NCBI GenBank assembly: GCA_041489155.1
Contig: JBGPQP010000004.1
Span: forward strand, 13,592-77,591
DNA length: 64,000 bases
Reading direction: 5' to 3'
DNA from: Candidatus Aenigmatarchaeota archaeon
Lineage (GTDB): Archaea > Aenigmatarchaeota > Aenigmatarchaeia > QMZP01 > QMZT01
The stretch's first letter is position 1. Every line of letters starts with the position of its first letter. The notes under the pieces are model-generated. The model worked only from the letters and a program-made list of their open reading frames with translations, made no database searches and had not been told where the DNA came from. Shown here in pieces: positions 1 to 9,090 of the stretch. The translations under genes and the position numbers were made by a program.

Positions 1-207
1 TCCGGTTGCGCAGTCAAGGGCATATATGTAAAAATCCATAGAGCCGAAGTAAACTACGCCGTCTACTATTTTAGGGACGCTGTGTATGCTGCCGCCCGGC
101 CCGACGTTAAGCGCCCTGGTGACCAGCGATTCCCTTTTCCTGACTTCGAAGTCCTCGAGCTCCGTGTCGAAATCGGAAAACCCGATGGCCGTCCGTTTCA
201 GAGCCAT
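1..207 (-). CDS. N-terminal part of a PQQ-like beta-propeller repeat protein; the gene runs off the left edge
   Basis: The reverse complement from ATG at 207 is open to position 1 (69 codons): MALKRTAIGFSDFDTELEDFEVRKRESLVTRALNVGPGGSIHSVPKIVDGVVYFGSMDFYIYALDCATG. The 'DGxVYfGSxDxxlYALDxxTG' pattern is typical of PQQ/BamB-like propeller blades. It is absent from the ORF track because it is truncated. Confidence 0.45.
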   Translation of the reverse strand, partial: MALKRTAIGFSDFDTELEDFEVRKRESLVTRALNVGPGGSIHSVPKIVDGVVYFGSMDFYIYALDCATG

Positions 208-269
208 ATTAATTAAATTGAAAGCAAATATAATTATAAAGGGAAGAGAGGGTTTTGGGGTAGAGTAAC

Positions 270-2525
270 ATGGCTGTTTGCGAGGCGACGTATGACGAGG
301 AATCGAGGCGGCTGAAAGTCGACTGCCTGGGCTGCGTGTACGGCGCGTCGGTCGAGGACTACGACAACTGCATGGGCATGGTCATAGACAAGCTGCTATC
401 GAACAAGAACGTGGACTCCATCGTCCTCGCCAAAGAGAGGGAATACGAATATTCCGGCGAGCAGGTGAAGATGCTCGTAGAGATAGCGAACGTCATCGAA
501 AGCATAATCAGGGAAAGACTGATTTCTTACTCGAATCTCAAACCCGACACCTGCGGCAAATGCTACCCGAAGTTCCCTTCGAACATGCAGAACATAGCGA
601 TTAATCTCATAAGAAGGGACCCGGTAGGCGCTTACGTAGAACTTATCCGGGAGGGAAGGGAGCTTCTCGTGAGGATGGCGAAGAAAGACGCATGCCACCG
701 ATGCTACAGGCATTACAAGGAGGACATCGTGGATGTGCTCATGAAAAAGCTCGAGCCGACTAAAATGATACAGCTGGCGAAACCGAGGCTTTCAGGCTAC
801 CACGTGGGCAACCGCGAAATCTACCGCCAGGTTTTCACCCCCAGCGTCAGGCCGAACTTCATGCTCACGCGCTACATGATCGCGCCGCCGGAGAATGGGA
901 AGTCGGTGGACCGCTATAACGTGGGGGACATACAAGTCGAGATCTACAAGGTCCCGCACGATACCAATTATTTTTATCACGCCACTCCCCCGGAGTTCAA
1001 CCTCTCGGAGGAGAAATACGCGGTCATGGACGCGGCGAGAAGGTACATGGCGTCGCACAGGCCGAAAACCGCGGAGTTCGTGAAGTCGGAGAAAGTCAGG
1101 GAGATTTTCTACAACATCGGAAAGGACATGCTCCGCGAGGTCGCCGACAAGATGGGCATCTACCTGACGTCGAATGACATCGAGCAGATGGCCGCGATAC
1201 TTACAAGATACACGGCGGGCCTTGGCGTTCTCGAGGTTCTGCTGGCGGACGAGAGGATACAGGACATATACATAAACTCGCCCATCGAGAGCAAGCCCAT
1301 CCTCATTTTTCACCAGGACTACCAGGAATGCCAGACCAACCTCATTCCCACGAGAGAGGACGCGGAATCCTGGGCTACCCGCCTGAGGATACAGTCCGGG
1401 AGGCCGCTTGACGAGGCGAATCCCGTCCTCGACACGGACATCGGCGTGCCGGGGGGCAAGGCAAGGTTCGCGGTCATAACCAAAGGCCTGTCGCCGCTGG
1501 GTTTCGGCTTCGCGATAAGAAGGCACAGGGACAAGCCCTGGACGCTGCCCCTGTTCATAAAGAACGGCATGATAAGCCCGCTGGCAGCCGGCCTGATTTC
1601 ATTCCTTGTCGACGGCTCGGTTTCGCTGCTCGTCGCTGGAGGCAGGGGTTCAGGCAAAAGCAGCATGCTCGGTGCGATGATGCTCGAGCTGCTGCCCAAG
1701 GTAAGGATAGTGACGATAGAAGACACGCTCGAGCTCCCCGTCGACCAGCTGAGGGATCTGGGTTACAACATCGAATCGCTCAAGTCGAGGTCGGTTATAA
1801 CTAAAGTGGAATCTGAAATGCCCGCTGACGAGGCGCTTAGGACTGCGCTGCGTCTCGGCGACTCGGCGCTCATAATAGGCGAAATCCGTTCGAAAGAAGC
1901 GAGCGCGTTGTACGAGGCGATGAGAATCGGAGCGCTTTCTAACGTCGTCGCCGGGACGATTCACGGCGAGTCGCCATACGGCGTATACGACAGGGTCGTG
2001 AACGACCTTGGCGTTCCCCCGACGAGCTTCAAGGCGACTGACGTGATCCTAATATGCAAATCGCTCAGGTCAGCTGATGGCCTCCGCCGCTCCAGGAGGA
2101 TGACGGAAATCACGGAAGTGAGAAAGCACTGGGATACGAACCCGCAGAAGGAAGGGGGTTTTGTCGGCCTGATGGAATACAACGGCAAGGAGGACACGCT
2201 TAAGCCGACTGATACGTTCGTCAACGGCGAATCGGAAATTCTCAACAGGATCGCTTCCTACGTCAAGGAATGGTCAGGCAACTGGGAAACGGTCTGGGAG
2301 AACATAAAGCTCCGCGCCAGGATGAGGGAAAATCTCGTGAACATGGCTGACAAGCTCAGGATGCCAGAACTCATGGAGGCGGAATGGATTACGATGTCGA
2401 ACAACGAATACCACATCATCGCCGAGAAGCTGAAGGAGGATGTCGGGTCGGTCGACGCGAAAATCGCCTACGATGAATGGGAGAAGTGGCTCAGGCTGAA
2501 AATAAAGTCAGGAAGTAAAGATTGA
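270..2525 (+). CDS. Type II/IV secretion-family ATPase (archaeal FlaI/PilB/VirB11-like) with a long N-terminal region
   Basis: 751-aa ORF with an ATG start. Walker A 'GGRGSGKSSML' is followed by 'IVTIEDTLEL', 'ALRLGDSALIIGEIR' and 'GTIHGES', the usual secretion-ATPase boxes. Confidence 0.85.
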   Translation: MAVCEATYDEESRRLKVDCLGCVYGASVEDYDNCMGMVIDKLLSNKNVDSIVLAKEREYEYSGEQVKMLVEIANVIESIIRERLISYSNLKPDTCGKCYPKFPSNMQNIAINLIRRDPVGAYVELIREGRELLVRMAKKDACHRCYRHYKEDIVDVLMKKLEPTKMIQLAKPRLSGYHVGNREIYRQVFTPSVRPNFMLTRYMIAPPENGKSVDRYNVGDIQVEIYKVPHDTNYFYHATPPEFNLSEEKYAVMDAARRYMASHRPKTAEFVKSEKVREIFYNIGKDMLREVADKMGIYLTSNDIEQMAAILTRYTAGLGVLEVLLADERIQDIYINSPIESKPILIFHQDYQECQTNLIPTREDAESWATRLRIQSGRPLDEANPVLDTDIGVPGGKARFAVITKGLSPLGFGFAIRRHRDKPWTLPLFIKNGMISPLAAGLISFLVDGSVSLLVAGGRGSGKSSMLGAMMLELLPKVRIVTIEDTLELPVDQLRDLGYNIESLKSRSVITKVESEMPADEALRTALRLGDSALIIGEIRSKEASALYEAMRIGALSNVVAGTIHGESPYGVYDRVVNDLGVPPTSFKATDVILICKSLRSADGLRRSRRMTEITEVRKHWDTNPQKEGGFVGLMEYNGKEDTLKPTDTFVNGESEILNRIASYVKEWSGNWETVWENIKLRARMRENLVNMADKLRMPELMEAEWITMSNNEYHIIAEKLKEDVGSVDAKIAYDEWEKWLRLKIKSGSKD

Positions 2526-2770
2526 TTTTGCGCGGGCTTGTCGGCATACTGAAGGGAATAAGAATGGGCAGGAAATTAAGCGTGCGCTACCTTGTTACAA
2601 CAATCGTTGCATCAGCGCTGATTGGCGCAATCGCCGGCTTGTTCGTGGAAAATGACTTGAGATTCGCGATACTTGCAGGCTATGTTGGCGGTGACTTCAT
2701 AGAAAGCTTATACAAGGTGCGGTTCCGCGAGATATACAAGCCGTCAAACAGAAAGGTGAAAATACCATAG
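2522..2770 (+). CDS. Small membrane protein, hypothetical
   Basis: 82-aa ORF with a TTG start overlapping the ATPase stop. An alternative ATG at 2561 gives MGRKLSV.... It has one clear hydrophobic helix (LVTTIVASALIGAIAGLFV). No recognisable family. Confidence 0.35.
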   Translation: MILRGLVGILKGIRMGRKLSVRYLVTTIVASALIGAIAGLFVENDLRFAILAGYVGGDFIESLYKVRFREIYKPSNRKVKIP

Positions 2771-2778
2771 GTGAAACA

Positions 2779-5700
2779 ATGAAAGGATTCATGAAAATAA
2801 ATCTGGCCGCGTTTATTGCGTTAATGATGTTATTATCAATCATACTCTTTCCTAATGCAACCATGGCAACAATTTACTGCCCGGACTGCTCTAATACGTG
2901 TTGGAACCCATACTGGTTAACCAACTGTCCTGGGGGGTCAGCTGATAACTGCGGTGACTGTGGATGCACACAAACTTGTGACCAGGGGTGTGGTGCATCG
3001 TGCGATGATAACGGCGATTGCCCGAATTATTGTGCAGACGGTGACATATTGCAGGAGAACCGTGTATGTCAGTCAGGTTGCACATGCGACAGCGGCAGCT
3101 CATTTAATTGCAATAACTATAACTTTTACCTGTGTGGCAGCGGAAATGTCAGGTATCTTCGTAATTATTATTGTTCTGGTGGGAATTGCAACTCATACAA
3201 TGATGATTGGATAGATGACTGCGACGCAGTATGCGACGGCACCTGGATGAAGAAATGCAGCGGCGGCGATTGCGTCCTTGACTATGATTGCCTCGCCACC
3301 TGCACAGGCAAGCAGCGCTACCACGGCTGCTACGGCGGCTGCAACAGCCCCTATTGTGACACCGGCTACGGGAACCCGTGCGGAGCCGCATGCGACCAGA
3401 ACGACGTGCAGGAAGGGGGCGATCCGAATTGGTGCCAGGCCTGCTCAAACGACGCGAACTGCGCGTGGAACAACATAAATAACGGCTATCAATGCAGCTC
3501 CGCGGATTCGTGCTCCGGCAATTCGGTGTGCACACACTACGATTGCAGCAGCGGTGCGTGCAGCGCCCAGGATGGCTGCACCAACTGCGACATTTATGAT
3601 GGTTGGTATGGCGGCGGAGAAAATGGTTGCGGTGTCTATGATGACCCAACATCATATTACCGCGATTATTACTGCTCTAGCGGCTCGTGTACTTATTCTA
3701 ACACGAACTCTGCTGACTGCGACATTTATGATGGTTGGTATGGCGGCGGCAACACGGCTGGCTGCGGTGATGACCCAACATCATACCACAGGGATTATTA
3801 TGTAATTGCAAATACCGACTCATGTGACTACTGCAATGCCGACTCTGCTGATTGTGACGGTTCTGATGTCTGTTCTAATGTATGTTTAGGATCTTACATA
3901 TACAGTTACTTGGATTATTATGTGACTGCAAACACAGGCTCGTGCACATATGCATGGGGTTCATATATTGAAGACTGCGCGACAAAAGCGAGCGAGTGCA
4001 CGAGTGTTTCAAATTACAGGGACTACGTGGGCTGTTCGGGCGGTGCGTGCACTTATAATGATTATGATTCCGACTCGGCACAAGGTTATTGTGATGCGTG
4101 CAAGGGCGCTGGTTACTGGTACCTTGGAGGTGAAACTTCGCCAACCACGTGCTGCGAGGATTCTGGAGAATACAAAAGAACTTTTGTAGATTACGCAGGG
4201 AATTCATATGGTGTCCAGGACTGGGGCTCCAGCCAGGCAGCATGTTGCGATGCATCAACTGACCATATAAATTACAACGGCCAGTGTGTTACATCCGGCT
4301 CAGGCGGTTATGCAGTAGCAACAGGATATTCTGTTCATGACCAATATGCTTATCCTTACTACTATTCCGGTGATCAAGGATGGCTCGACCTGGACGGTCA
4401 TTCGTCCTGGCCAGCTGCATTCGGAGCAAATGTATGCGGCGGCAGCGGCTGGATATACATGTATGGCGATTCTACCGGAGAGAAATGCTCCACCGCAGGG
4501 GGCAGCGGCTGCTGGGACGCAGGACAAAACAACTATGGCTGCTGCGGCGATGATTCAGGAGAGAATTATCTTTACAGGTTGAGTTATTCGGACCAGGTTG
4601 GAGGGCTTACAGCAACTAGTACATCCGATTACGCATGCTGTGATGCTTCAACAGATTGCGTGTATAATGGAGCGTGTTATGCTCAAAGTACTTGGTATGA
4701 TTTAGATAGTAATGGTGTATATGATTCATACTGTTATGGCGTTAATGGCTGGTTAAATGCAGATAGACATACTTCATATTGTACAGCAAATCATTGGAAT
4801 ATTGGCGGAGATGCGGATTTAGAAGGTGATTATTATCAGGTCGGCGGAGGACGAACTGATTTTTGTGATATAGGTGCAGCCGGAACTCCAAGTACACAAT
4901 GCTGCTGCGGCGACGATACTGGGGAAAATTACAGGACATGCACCGATTCTTCAGCGAACGGCGACTGCGGAGCAGATACAACAGCGTGCTGCACTGCTAC
5001 AACAAAGTGCATTGACCACAACGGCGCATGCCAGTCGACTGGTTCATGTTATACTTTTGGTTCAGGTGGGTTGAAATCATATTGTAACTCCGGAACATGG
5101 GAAGACCCTGACGAAGCGAGTGGCTATTGCACAGCATCCGGATGCGGATACACATGGATGACAAACGTGCCCACTAGCGGAACACAATGCTGTGCTGATG
5201 ATTCAACATCAGATAATTCATATTATTATTCAGCTAATCCTACGACTGCAACATCGCTTTCCTGCGAGCGCTGCAATGCGGGCAGTTATGTTTCACCTGT
5301 AACTTATTATGGGAATGGTTATTACACGGGCTCACTGACCACTTCAACAACAACTAACTGCTATTATGGTGACATTACTTGCAGTGCCGCGAACGGCGCG
5401 AACGGAACCAATGCTAACATATATGGCAACGGCTGGACGACAGGTTCTGTAACGACGTCTACTTCGCTTGTATGCTACTACGGCGACATGGGTTGCAGCG
5501 ACGGATCACAGAGCAACGGCACTTCTGGAACGTACTACGGCAACGGATATTCTAGCGGCAGTGGGACTTCAAGGACATGCCATTATGGCGATATAACCTG
5601 CAGCGATGGCTCTGCCTCAAACGGGACATCGCAGAATATTTACGGCTGGGGCTACTATGAGGGAAGCCTGACGGCATCGACGAGCGTGAGCTGCAAAAGC

Positions 5701-8700
5701 GGCGCAGCTACATGCGCTGACGGCAGCGCGGCGAATGACAGCGCGACCACTCTTTATGGTAATGGTTACATGCCGGGAAGCGGGACGACGAGGACATGCT
5801 ACTACGGCGACATCACTTGCGCTTCGGGCAGCGAGGCGGACGGGACGAGCGCGACGGTCTATGGGTGGGGCTGGTACAGCGGAAGCCTCACGACCTCAGC
5901 GACGGTGACGTGCAGGAGACCTGCAGGCACGTGCTCCGACGGCAGCTCTGCGAACGGCTCTGCCAGCACGCTCTGCGGCAACGGTTATTTTTCGAGCTCA
6001 AGCTCTTCCTGTTCTTCCGCTGACCAGAACACGGCAACAAGCGGCTATTGTTATTATGGAGACATGGCATGCAGCGATGTATCGGAGGCGAATGGCGCTG
6101 TAAGCAGCCTGCTCCGTGGCAACGGTTACACGATAGGCACTCCTGCCACAGACGTGACAGGCACATGTTATTACGGCAACATTGCCTGCGGCGACGGCAG
6201 CAGCGGCAACGGAACGAACGCGACTGTTCACGGCAATGGTTACGAAAGCGTGGGCGCATGTTACTACGGCGACTGGGCATGCGGCGACGGGACTTATGCG
6301 AATGGCAGTTCCTGCGCCCTTGCCTGCGGAGGCTCGGGCAACGCGTGCTGCACCAGCCAGGGCATATACACGGACAGCGTCTCTTGTTCTGTTTCTGGTT
6401 GCGGCCAGACCAACCACGACAGGGACAGCGCGCAGAGCTATTGCACTGCTACGGCGTCCGGCTGCACCGCATACGACTGGAGCATCGGCGGCGAGATAAA
6501 TGCGACGGTCTGCTGCGGCGACGACACGGGCGAAAACAAGCGCCTGAGATTCTGCAGCTCATGGTGCGTTTCCAACGCCAGCGACGACGCGTGCTGCGGC
6601 TCATCGGACAAATGCGTTTACAACAGCGCCTGCTACGGCGCTGGCTCATGCTACTCGGATGACGCATACTGCGATGCGGGCGCATGGCACGACTCTGACG
6701 ACGGGCAAACGTACTGTGAGGCGTGCAGTGGAAGCGGCAGATGGAACGCGGGCGGGGAGGTCTCGCCGACCTTGTGCTGCGGCGACGAGGCAGGAGAGAA
6801 TTATGATTACAGGATCGCCGACGGAGGCATGGACAACAATTTCGCCACCAACTCGAGCGATGACGCGTGCTGCAGCGCTGCGAATGACTGCGTCGCTGGC
6901 AGCGCATGCTACAGCAGCGGGAGCACGGCGAACGACATCGACAGCGACGGGGACAACGACTACTGCAACGCAGGGATGTGGTATGACTGCAGCACGGCTG
7001 CGCAGTGCCCGTCGGGCTACAGCTGCTTCGTAGGCGACTGCGTGGACGTGATAGACCTCATGTATGTCATTCCCACGCCTGCCCACGGCTCAAAAACTCC
7101 CAATAGTTCTGTCACCATAAACCTCACGGCAAACGACACGGTAAGCATGAGCATCGACACGTGCACGCTCCAGTGGAACGGCGTCAACGAGACGATGACA
7201 AAGTCAGGCAGCGGGACGTATGCTAATTGTTATGCGACTAAAGCGGTTGCCGACGGCTCGAGCTACAGCTTCAGGGCTTATGTCAACGACAGCGCGGGCA
7301 ACCTGGAAATGGAAAACGAAAGGAACTTCAGCGTGAATACGGCGCCGTCGCTTCCGGGCGTTTATCTCAACGTTAGTTTCGCCAAGAGCGGTGACCATGT
7401 TCTTGTTGCGACGACGGGAGCGAATGACAGCAACGGCGACGAGTATTATCTCAGGTGCGGCAACACGACAGGCCTCTCGAACCTGTGCAATTCTTCCCAG
7501 GGAAGCGGGCAAAGAAACTGCTCCTTCGCCAGCGGATGGGACGATAACGTCCAGCACATTGTCTACTGCAGGCTTGACGACGGCTATGAATATTCAACCG
7601 AAGCGCAGGCCAACCTGACAGCGGACAACCTGCCTCCCACGCCCAATCCTGCGCAGATAGAAGCCGCAGCAATGGCTTCTACCTCCGCGACCGTCACGGC
7701 AGTAGCCGCGAGCGACGCGTCTGCTGGGCTGAATGCGCTTGCCTACCGTTTCAACGACTCCGGCACATGGAGCGAATGGCAGGCCGGCAGAACTTACATA
7801 AACTCTTCGCTGCAGCCCAACACTCTTTATTGTTTCAACGCGCAGTACAGGGATACGCTTAACAATACGGGTTCAGCCAGCAGCCAGGTGTGCAATTACA
7901 CCCTTGCAGACCAGCCGTCCGTCGCATCGGTCAGCTGCTCTTACAACGGCACGCATGCATGCCAGGCCAACTTCAGCATGGGTTCGAATCCATACGGAGT
8001 GGAATATTACATAGACGAGACTACCGGCAGCGCAGGCGGCAGCGACAAGAACTGGACCGCGTGGGCCGGCGAAACTTCTTACAACGACGTCGTGTCCCTG
8101 CCGCACACGTCATATTGTTACAGGATAGTTGCGAAGAACCAGAACGGGACATCGACTCCGTTTTCGTCTCAGGTATGCGACACGTCCTATAACAACGTGC
8201 CTTCTGTCACCAGGCCGGTTGTATATGACAGCACCATGGCAGAGAAAAGTCAAATAAAGGCCGGCAGGGACATGTACGTCAAGGTTAACGTCAGCGACGG
8301 CGACGGAGCGGATGACATAAGCTCGGTCAGAATAAAGATAACGGACAACAACGGCCAGACCAGGGTGAACAGCGCTGATATGGCAAGCATAGCATCAATA
8401 ACAAACGGCTACGTTTATCAGTACAGCTATCGCACGCCTTCCGACGGCGAGGGCACATGGACCATCGAAATCACCTGCGTCGACGACGGCAGCGCGCAGG
8501 TAACGAACTCGACCACATTTGCTATTCTCTCGCTAAGGCTGGGCATAAGGCTTGTGCTCAACGAAACCGCAGCAAAAATTTATGTCCCCGGAGAGGGGGA
8601 AAAGGCTTTTGCTGATTTAACGAATGCTTATTATCCGAGTCCTGAACATTACTACATCGCTTCTTACAAAAATGCGTCGCTTTACGGCCTTGTTTTCCAG

Positions 8701-9051
8701 GACCGCGACGCTTTAGGCTTGCTAATTAACAAGACAGCTGACACGTTCTCGGTGGGGCTCGACCTGAAATATCCGAACTCCGTCGTGTTCCTCGTCCATT
8801 CGAAAGGCGACTGGAGGACTCTCAACAGCAGGATCGGCCTTATAGAGAACGGGGCCTTCGCTGATTATTCAGAACCCACCTTCGCTTTCGGCCTGGGTGG
8901 CAAGCAAAAGATGAAAATACTGCTGCAGTACGAGAACGTGGACATTCTCGGCGGAAGGAGGGATGTCGGGAGGGGCGCGACTTCGCTTTCCATAAAGCAT
9001 GAGGGCCTTTTCGGGCAGAACATCGGCCTCAACATAACCAAGCCGCCGTAG
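2779..9051 (+). CDS. Giant (2,090 aa) secreted, extremely Cys-rich repeat protein with C-terminal FN3/Ig-like domains
   Basis: The ATG is preceded by 'ggtga'. N-terminal hydrophobic signal/anchor MKGFMKINLAAFIALMMLLSIILF. Hundreds of Cys residues, six CCGDxxGEN...ACCDxxxxC modules, about nine YYGDxxC ~35-aa repeats, two FN3-like segments (aa ~1615-1800) and many N-x-S/T sequons. No C-terminal TM helix. Confidence 0.85.
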   Translation: MKGFMKINLAAFIALMMLLSIILFPNATMATIYCPDCSNTCWNPYWLTNCPGGSADNCGDCGCTQTCDQGCGASCDDNGDCPNYCADGDILQENRVCQSGCTCDSGSSFNCNNYNFYLCGSGNVRYLRNYYCSGGNCNSYNDDWIDDCDAVCDGTWMKKCSGGDCVLDYDCLATCTGKQRYHGCYGGCNSPYCDTGYGNPCGAACDQNDVQEGGDPNWCQACSNDANCAWNNINNGYQCSSADSCSGNSVCTHYDCSSGACSAQDGCTNCDIYDGWYGGGENGCGVYDDPTSYYRDYYCSSGSCTYSNTNSADCDIYDGWYGGGNTAGCGDDPTSYHRDYYVIANTDSCDYCNADSADCDGSDVCSNVCLGSYIYSYLDYYVTANTGSCTYAWGSYIEDCATKASECTSVSNYRDYVGCSGGACTYNDYDSDSAQGYCDACKGAGYWYLGGETSPTTCCEDSGEYKRTFVDYAGNSYGVQDWGSSQAACCDASTDHINYNGQCVTSGSGGYAVATGYSVHDQYAYPYYYSGDQGWLDLDGHSSWPAAFGANVCGGSGWIYMYGDSTGEKCSTAGGSGCWDAGQNNYGCCGDDSGENYLYRLSYSDQVGGLTATSTSDYACCDASTDCVYNGACYAQSTWYDLDSNGVYDSYCYGVNGWLNADRHTSYCTANHWNIGGDADLEGDYYQVGGGRTDFCDIGAAGTPSTQCCCGDDTGENYRTCTDSSANGDCGADTTACCTATTKCIDHNGACQSTGSCYTFGSGGLKSYCNSGTWEDPDEASGYCTASGCGYTWMTNVPTSGTQCCADDSTSDNSYYYSANPTTATSLSCERCNAGSYVSPVTYYGNGYYTGSLTTSTTTNCYYGDITCSAANGANGTNANIYGNGWTTGSVTTSTSLVCYYGDMGCSDGSQSNGTSGTYYGNGYSSGSGTSRTCHYGDITCSDGSASNGTSQNIYGWGYYEGSLTASTSVSCKSGAATCADGSAANDSATTLYGNGYMPGSGTTRTCYYGDITCASGSEADGTSATVYGWGWYSGSLTTSATVTCRRPAGTCSDGSSANGSASTLCGNGYFSSSSSSCSSADQNTATSGYCYYGDMACSDVSEANGAVSSLLRGNGYTIGTPATDVTGTCYYGNIACGDGSSGNGTNATVHGNGYESVGACYYGDWACGDGTYANGSSCALACGGSGNACCTSQGIYTDSVSCSVSGCGQTNHDRDSAQSYCTATASGCTAYDWSIGGEINATVCCGDDTGENKRLRFCSSWCVSNASDDACCGSSDKCVYNSACYGAGSCYSDDAYCDAGAWHDSDDGQTYCEACSGSGRWNAGGEVSPTLCCGDEAGENYDYRIADGGMDNNFATNSSDDACCSAANDCVAGSACYSSGSTANDIDSDGDNDYCNAGMWYDCSTAAQCPSGYSCFVGDCVDVIDLMYVIPTPAHGSKTPNSSVTINLTANDTVSMSIDTCTLQWNGVNETMTKSGSGTYANCYATKAVADGSSYSFRAYVNDSAGNLEMENERNFSVNTAPSLPGVYLNVSFAKSGDHVLVATTGANDSNGDEYYLRCGNTTGLSNLCNSSQGSGQRNCSFASGWDDNVQHIVYCRLDDGYEYSTEAQANLTADNLPPTPNPAQIEAAAMASTSATVTAVAASDASAGLNALAYRFNDSGTWSEWQAGRTYINSSLQPNTLYCFNAQYRDTLNNTGSASSQVCNYTLADQPSVASVSCSYNGTHACQANFSMGSNPYGVEYYIDETTGSAGGSDKNWTAWAGETSYNDVVSLPHTSYCYRIVAKNQNGTSTPFSSQVCDTSYNNVPSVTRPVVYDSTMAEKSQIKAGRDMYVKVNVSDGDGADDISSVRIKITDNNGQTRVNSADMASIASITNGYVYQYSYRTPSDGEGTWTIEITCVDDGSAQVTNSTTFAILSLRLGIRLVLNETAAKIYVPGEGEKAFADLTNAYYPSPEHYYIASYKNASLYGLVFQDRDALGLLINKTADTFSVGLDLKYPNSVVFLVHSKGDWRTLNSRIGLIENGAFADYSEPTFAFGLGGKQKMKILLQYENVDILGGRRDVGRGATSLSIKHEGLFGQNIGLNITKPP

Positions 9052-9090
9052 GCTCCGGAAAATATAAGCGGCCGGGAGCAATTAATAAAC

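Noticed and set aside
86-268. 60-aa plus-strand ORF at the left edge
   Set aside because: It is antisense to the better-supported N-terminus of a PQQ-repeat protein (minus strand, ATG 207) and extends into the AT-rich promoter spacer.
5796-7086. Cluster of 100-200-aa ORFs on both strands inside the giant Cys-rich gene (for example 6048-6662 +, 6449-6907 -, 6646-7086 -)
   Set aside because: They are out-of-frame or antisense readings of repeat-rich GC-biased codons (Arg/Cys/Ala-rich nonsense). The 2,090-aa frame is continuous and carries the repeat logic.
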